This document shows, in pieces, positions 59,700 to 64,000 of a DNA stretch of 64,000 nt. The stretch's first letter is position 1; each line of letters opens with the position of its first letter. The position numbers and the translations under genes are program-made. Origin of the DNA: a virus; the IMG/VR virus record IMGVR_UViG_3300028146_000008, positions 30,369 through 94,368 of that record; one strand, written 5' to 3'. The notes beneath the pieces were generated by a model, which saw only the letters and a list, made by a program, of their open reading frames with translations, ran no database searches and was not told the DNA's origin.

Positions 59700-60028
59700 T
59701 AGAACTTTTTCCCTCCGTGTTTATAGGACCGAGTTTGGTTGTAAGCATCCTTTGCCAAAATCGCCTCTCCGATCCGGAAACCGTTCCTCTCCGCGTAGTG
59801 CATGATTCGGATAACCGCATCAGCCATCTCTTCCTCCGCGAGCGAGAAGTTGGGGATTTTGAGGGACTGAGGGTTATTTGTTCTTAATGCTTCCAGAGCC
59901 TCACTAATTTCGCTGTGGATCAAAGCCATGCTGGTGCCGTCTTCGCAGGGTTCTTCGTTCCACCCTTTTTCGGTGGCTGTCTGGAATACTCGGAACTGGA
60001 CTTTATCGAATTCTTCAACGAATGACAT
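59699..60028 (-). CDS. MazG-like NTP pyrophosphohydrolase
   Basis: LIHSEISEALEA...EEEMADAVIRI. Confidence 0.82.
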   Translation of the reverse strand: MSFVEEFDKVQFRVFQTATEKGWNEEPCEDGTSMALIHSEISEALEALRTNNPQSLKIPNFSLAEEEMADAVIRIMHYAERNGFRIGEAILAKDAYNQTRSYKHGGKKF

Positions 60029-60047
60029 GCTTTATACTGTACACCAA

Positions 60048-60803
60048 TTACTTCACTTTGTCAAGCTCATTTAGAGAGACTACTTTAGTGCCTACGTATT
60101 CCACGGATATTCCAGCGACATGGTTTGCAAACTCAGCGGATCGGATAAGTCTGGTATTGGAATCGACGTTTGGAGTTAGCAGCCACCAGTGAACGAATGC
60201 AGCCATAAAAATGTCCCCGGCCCCGGAAACGTCCATCACAGCATGGGGGTGATTTTGAGGAACCGGCACTCCGTCCACTAAACAGCCTTTGGCCCCAAGT
60301 TTTTGGATCACATGCTTAAAGTTGAAGGTTGCGAACTCTTTCTCGTTCGGAAACGCGGCATACGCGCCTGAGTAATCCAGCCAGTTGTTTTTAGCGTCTA
60401 CGAATACCGGCAGATTAGCTTTTTCCGCATACTCCATGAGCGATTCGGAGTGCTTCGCGGTTCCCTTCCCGTAGTCAGAAATCACCATCGCGTCGAATTT
60501 GTTGACTCCTGGATCGGGCCATTCCAGATCGGTCGGTACAAAATTGGCGTCCGTGTCAATCCGGAGCATCAACCGGTCATCAGAAAAAATTCTCTCTTTT
60601 CGCGAGATCGTGATTGGAATGAAAAGAACATTCACTCCCAGAGCGGTCAGTTGGGCATCCACTAAACCCGCCCCGCCCGATGTGGAATATGTGTCCTTAG
60701 TCGATTTCAGGATCAGCGCGGGCGCTTCGGGACAGATGCGAGTCGCCGTAAAGTGGCGGTACTCGTCAACAATCAAATCCCCGAATAACAGAACATTGCT
60801 CAC
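60048..60803 (-). CDS. PfkB-family sugar kinase, RfaE/HldE kinase-domain-like
   Basis: GDLIVDEY, RICPEAP, GGAG, ISDYGKG, DVSGAGD. Confidence 0.85.
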   Translation of the reverse strand: MSNVLLFGDLIVDEYRHFTATRICPEAPALILKSTKDTYSTSGGAGLVDAQLTALGVNVLFIPITISRKERIFSDDRLMLRIDTDANFVPTDLEWPDPGVNKFDAMVISDYGKGTAKHSESLMEYAEKANLPVFVDAKNNWLDYSGAYAAFPNEKEFATFNFKHVIQKLGAKGCLVDGVPVPQNHPHAVMDVSGAGDIFMAAFVHWWLLTPNVDSNTRLIRSAEFANHVAGISVEYVGTKVVSLNELDKVK

Positions 60804-61150
60804 TTCACAGCCTCCTGGGTTTTAGCGAGAGCATCTTTAGCGCGTTGTTTTAGCTCGGCTAGTTTGCTCTCTAAGGCTTTTACGGTTTCCCGAGCTTCGT
60901 TCAGATGTGAAGTAGTCACAGCCACGGCTTGGATCGAGTCTGAGTAAATTATGGCTGCGTCGATTACTTGTTGCTGCGCGGGATCCGAAACTTTTAGGGG
61001 TTCGGGGGCTGAGATAACAGGAGAAGAAACCTCAACCCCCTTGCTTGCGCTAGTGGGGGAAGTTGTTTTAACCGGTGGTGGTGGCTCCAGAGGCGCGTCT
61101 TTCTTACAGAGCGGGCAACTTTCCTTCATGTGGGTGTCGCAACGAGCCAT
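60800..61150 (-). CDS. Hypothetical protein
   Basis: N-terminal CxxH...CxxC and coiled-coil tail. Confidence 0.5.
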   Translation of the reverse strand: MARCDTHMKESCPLCKKDAPLEPPPPVKTTSPTSASKGVEVSSPVISAPEPLKVSDPAQQQVIDAAIIYSDSIQAVAVTTSHLNEARETVKALESKLAELKQRAKDALAKTQEAVK

Positions 61151-62136
61151 TACAAAGCCTCCGGAAAGTAAATCTGGCGCAACTGGGTTTCGATCTTCGC
61201 GGTGATTTCGGGGTGTTCTTTCAGGAATATGCGGGTGTTCTCCGCGCCTTGGCCTAGCCGCTCACCTTTAAAACTGAACCAAGTTCCGGATTTCTCAATC
61301 AGGTTGTTATCGACACCGAACGCAATGAGTTCAGATTCCTTAGAAATCCCCTCACCATATACAATGTCAAACTCAGCTTCGCGAAACGGGGCCGACACTT
61401 TATTTTTTACGATCTTAGCTTTTGTTGGGGACCCTGTTTTCACGCCATCCGTTTCATTTGGTCTACCGGTTCGGCGGATATCCACGCGCATGGAAGCGTA
61501 AAATTTCAAAGCGCGGCCACCCGTTGTAGTTTCGGGATTGCCGAACATCACGCCGATCTTGTCGCGAACTTGGTTGATGAAGATTAAAATTGTGCCGCTT
61601 TTTAGAGTAATGGCGGTTAGTTTGCGGAGTGCTTGCGACATGAGGCGGGCTTGCAATCCCATTTGCGGATCGCCCATCTCCCCCTCCAATTCAGCTTTAG
61701 GGACTAGTGCGGCTACTGAGTCGATTACGATCACGTCCACCTGTTTGGACTTAATCAAGGTTTCTGCAATTTCAAGTGCCTGCTCGCCATTGTCTGGTTG
61801 GGAGACGAGAAGATTATCTATGTCCACACCGAGTTTTCTGGCGTATGCCGGATCCAGAGCGTGTTCGGCATCAATGAATGCCGCCTGACCCCCGAGTTTT
61901 TGAGCCTCGGCGATTACGTGCAAAGTGAGCGTTGTTTTTCCACCCGATTCCGGGCCATAGATTTCAATCACACGCCCGCGCGGAAATCCGCCAACTCCAG
62001 TGGCCACGTCTAGGGCAAACGAACCCGTGCTAACTACGTCGCACTCTAATTTCTCCTTTGAGTTCAAAGGTAAAATCGAGGTTTTTCCATATCTCTTCTG
62101 TATGGTTTCGATAGCCGCTGCTAAGTCCTTATTCAA
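61150..62136 (-). CDS. recA: RecA recombinase
   Basis: [43 protein letters not shown]. Confidence 0.97.
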   Translation of the reverse strand: MNKDLAAAIETIQKRYGKTSILPLNSKEKLECDVVSTGSFALDVATGVGGFPRGRVIEIYGPESGGKTTLTLHVIAEAQKLGGQAAFIDAEHALDPAYARKLGVDIDNLLVSQPDNGEQALEIAETLIKSKQVDVIVIDSVAALVPKAELEGEMGDPQMGLQARLMSQALRKLTAITLKSGTILIFINQVRDKIGVMFGNPETTTGGRALKFYASMRVDIRRTGRPNETDGVKTGSPTKAKIVKNKVSAPFREAEFDIVYGEGISKESELIAFGVDNNLIEKSGTWFSFKGERLGQGAENTRIFLKEHPEITAKIETQLRQIYFPEAL

Positions 62137-63431
62137 TTCGCCTCCACGATGCTGGGTGTTTCTGATGCTCGGTCAATTTTTCCGTCGCTGTCGGTGTAAA
62201 TAATGGTTCCGATCAGTCCTTCTTCGCGATCCCACACAAACGATTCAGAACTCCGCAGGTTTCCTACGTATCCGTTTTCCGCGTGCCATGCGTCGGGTGG
62301 GCATAGCGCGGGCAAAACTCGAATCCGGATACCGTGTTTTTCTTCGAGACGAGTCTGGTGTGTGTGGCCGGTGTGGATTTCGTGGAACCGAGTCGCGCCA
62401 AAGAGAGCCGGTTTCTCGGCGGCCATCAGCAAGGGAAGATCGGCACGTTTTCCCTTGTCCCCGTGCGTGTACATAATCAAAGTTTGGCCGAACTGGTGAT
62501 ATTTTCTCGGGCTCGGTTGGTTGTCTACTTCCACGTCGTCGTAGTTCGTAAAGTAAACTTCAAGCGAATCCCCTAGGTGCCATGTAGCGTTGTGGTCGTG
62601 ATTTCCCGGCACCACGATTACCCGAACTTTGTCGGTCAGGTGCCGCAGTTTTTCAATCGCCTGGATGAGAAGAGTCCGCACAGTGACATAGGTTTTCTCA
62701 TGGCGGACATCGCTTTCGACTTGAGTTCCTGCGGTTGTACGACCCTGCGTATCGTCGGCGTTGAACAAATCGTTTCCGACGATGAACCAGATTTCGTCAT
62801 AGTAAGAGAATGGCGACCGATCCAGTGTGGTATCCAGAGCGCGGTGAAAAACGTGGGTGGCGATTTTCACATCGTAATTCGCCCAGCCGGTTTCGAGTCC
62901 CCACGCCAGCTTGCCGAAATGGTGATCGGTGAAGTTGATTTCCAGCATTCCGCCTTTATGTTTGACGGACTTTTTAATAGGTTTAGGAAACGAAGACGTG
63001 GTTTTGGCGATCTTTTTCAGTTCTTCGATTTCGTTCTTGGCCGCAGCGATGTTCTTTTTACGGCGCAGAAACGCTTTGACTTGGTATAGTTCTTCGACTT
63101 TTGCTTCCTTGTCGGTATTCTTGTAGCCCATCTCCCATTTGTTGGCTACGAAGCGTTCAACTTCCCAAATGTCCTGATCTACTTCAAAGTACGCCAGAAG
63201 CTGGTCCAGAGTGTGTATTCGCGTCTTTGGGAGCGTAATGTTCCAAGCATCGCCGCGCACTTCATTTTGTTCCACTAATCCTGAAGCCGGAATCGGATCC
63301 GTTCCGCCGCCCTTCTTGCAGCACGTTTTGTAGTCGTTACGAAACTTTGACGTTCTCCCGCAAGCGGGGCATAGTCGAGTGGAATATCCGGCCATGTTTC
63401 TCCTGTTAGAATTTCGCTCTGTCGAATACAA
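62133..63431 (-). CDS. Calcineurin-like metallophosphoesterase
   Basis: TDHHFG, GNDLF, PGNHD, HGD, GHTH. Confidence 0.85.
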   Translation of the reverse strand: MYSTERNSNRRNMAGYSTRLCPACGRTSKFRNDYKTCCKKGGGTDPIPASGLVEQNEVRGDAWNITLPKTRIHTLDQLLAYFEVDQDIWEVERFVANKWEMGYKNTDKEAKVEELYQVKAFLRRKKNIAAAKNEIEELKKIAKTTSSFPKPIKKSVKHKGGMLEINFTDHHFGKLAWGLETGWANYDVKIATHVFHRALDTTLDRSPFSYYDEIWFIVGNDLFNADDTQGRTTAGTQVESDVRHEKTYVTVRTLLIQAIEKLRHLTDKVRVIVVPGNHDHNATWHLGDSLEVYFTNYDDVEVDNQPSPRKYHQFGQTLIMYTHGDKGKRADLPLLMAAEKPALFGATRFHEIHTGHTHQTRLEEKHGIRIRVLPALCPPDAWHAENGYVGNLRSSESFVWDREEGLIGTIIYTDSDGKIDRASETPSIVEAN

Positions 63432-64000
63432 CGCCCGCCGCGAATCCGATAATTGCTAAAATAATGTTTCGTTTGCGGTTCTGGGCTTTCACGTCTTTTA
63501 GTTGTGCGTTCGCTGATTTCAAATCCGCTTGGCAAGAAGTGTTGTCCGAAACGTGTGCTTTTACTTCCAGATCGTACTTAGACTCGGAGTTAGCAACTTG
63601 ATTGGTTAAATTCGCGTTAGCGGTTTGCAGATCGTGTTTGTCCTGCTCTAAAACGGGAACGGATTCTAGGGCTTGGACGGTCGCCACTGCCGCAGCTTGG
63701 TCGGCGGTGTAGCCATTTGGGGTGGGAGTTATCTTGCCCGCGTTTTTGATGCGGGTGGACCATTCTGCGGAGAGCTGGTCCGGTGTTAGGGTGGGAACTT
63801 GCTGTTGGGTTTTTTGGAGCTGGGAGTCGCGCGTAGCGATAGCGTTGGCCAATGAGCCAATTTCCTGCTGCAGCGCGAGATTGGTTTGGGTAAGGGAGTC
63901 TATCTGAGCCTTGGTTTGTTGCTGGAGGGTTTGGTTCTGCTGGGCAATTTGTTGAGCGATAGATTGGAGTTCTATCGCTCGCTCGTGGTCATGGTCAGCG
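63406..64000 (-). CDS. Coiled-coil protein with C-terminal TM segment (5' end outside window)
   Basis: Q/A-rich coiled coil ending [14 protein letters not shown]. Confidence 0.55.
   Translation of the reverse strand, partial: ADHDHERAIELQSIAQQIAQQNQTLQQQTKAQIDSLTQTNLALQQEIGSLANAIATRDSQLQKTQQQVPTLTPDQLSAEWSTRIKNAGKITPTPNGYTADQAAAVATVQALESVPVLEQDKHDLQTANANLTNQVANSESKYDLEVKAHVSDNTSCQADLKSANAQLKDVKAQNRKRNIILAIIGFAAGVVFDRAKF

Noticed and set aside
237-63907. Numerous antisense or overlapping ORFs in the track (e.g. 3944-4528, 16041-16658, 49023-49622, 62577-63089)
   Set aside because: Shadows of well-supported genes or tRNAs on the other strand, with no SD or recognisable motifs.
1-64000. Genome-wide stop-codon reassignment
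   Set aside because: Long genes are intact in the standard code and TAA, TAG and TGA all end genes; the capsid breaks are explained by introns.

Overview
A 64-kb slice of a large tailed dsDNA phage (or prophage) genome, mostly coded on the minus strand. Layout: head module (intron-split major capsid gene, scaffold, P22-like portal, terminase large subunit); glycosylation/methylation and small structural genes; three tRNAs; a plus-strand island of tiny early-type genes; a FimB/FimE-like tyrosine recombinase next to an atypical tRNA; lysis and accessory genes including an Acb2/Tad1-like protein; and a replication/nucleotide block (primase-helicase, ThyX, UvrD, SSB, ERF, PolA, MazG-like, RecA). 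Most striking items: (1) a stand-alone Cas7/RAMP-like gene (40582-41229) plus a partner gene, followed by a non-coding array of 44-54-nt units built from GGY-NN pentamers, which looks like a non-CRISPR RNA-guided system; (2) a 39-nt core-less group-I-type mini-intron in the capsid gene, beside two normal group I introns; (3) five small proteins ending in a shared NP[A/S]-stop motif that also appears at the capsid N-terminus; (4) a membrane-anchored protein carrying a copy of the scaffold C-terminal motif; (5) at least 19 dispersed copies of a TTCAC-N2/3-GTGAA palindrome. All calls come from reading motifs by eye; no database searches were run.
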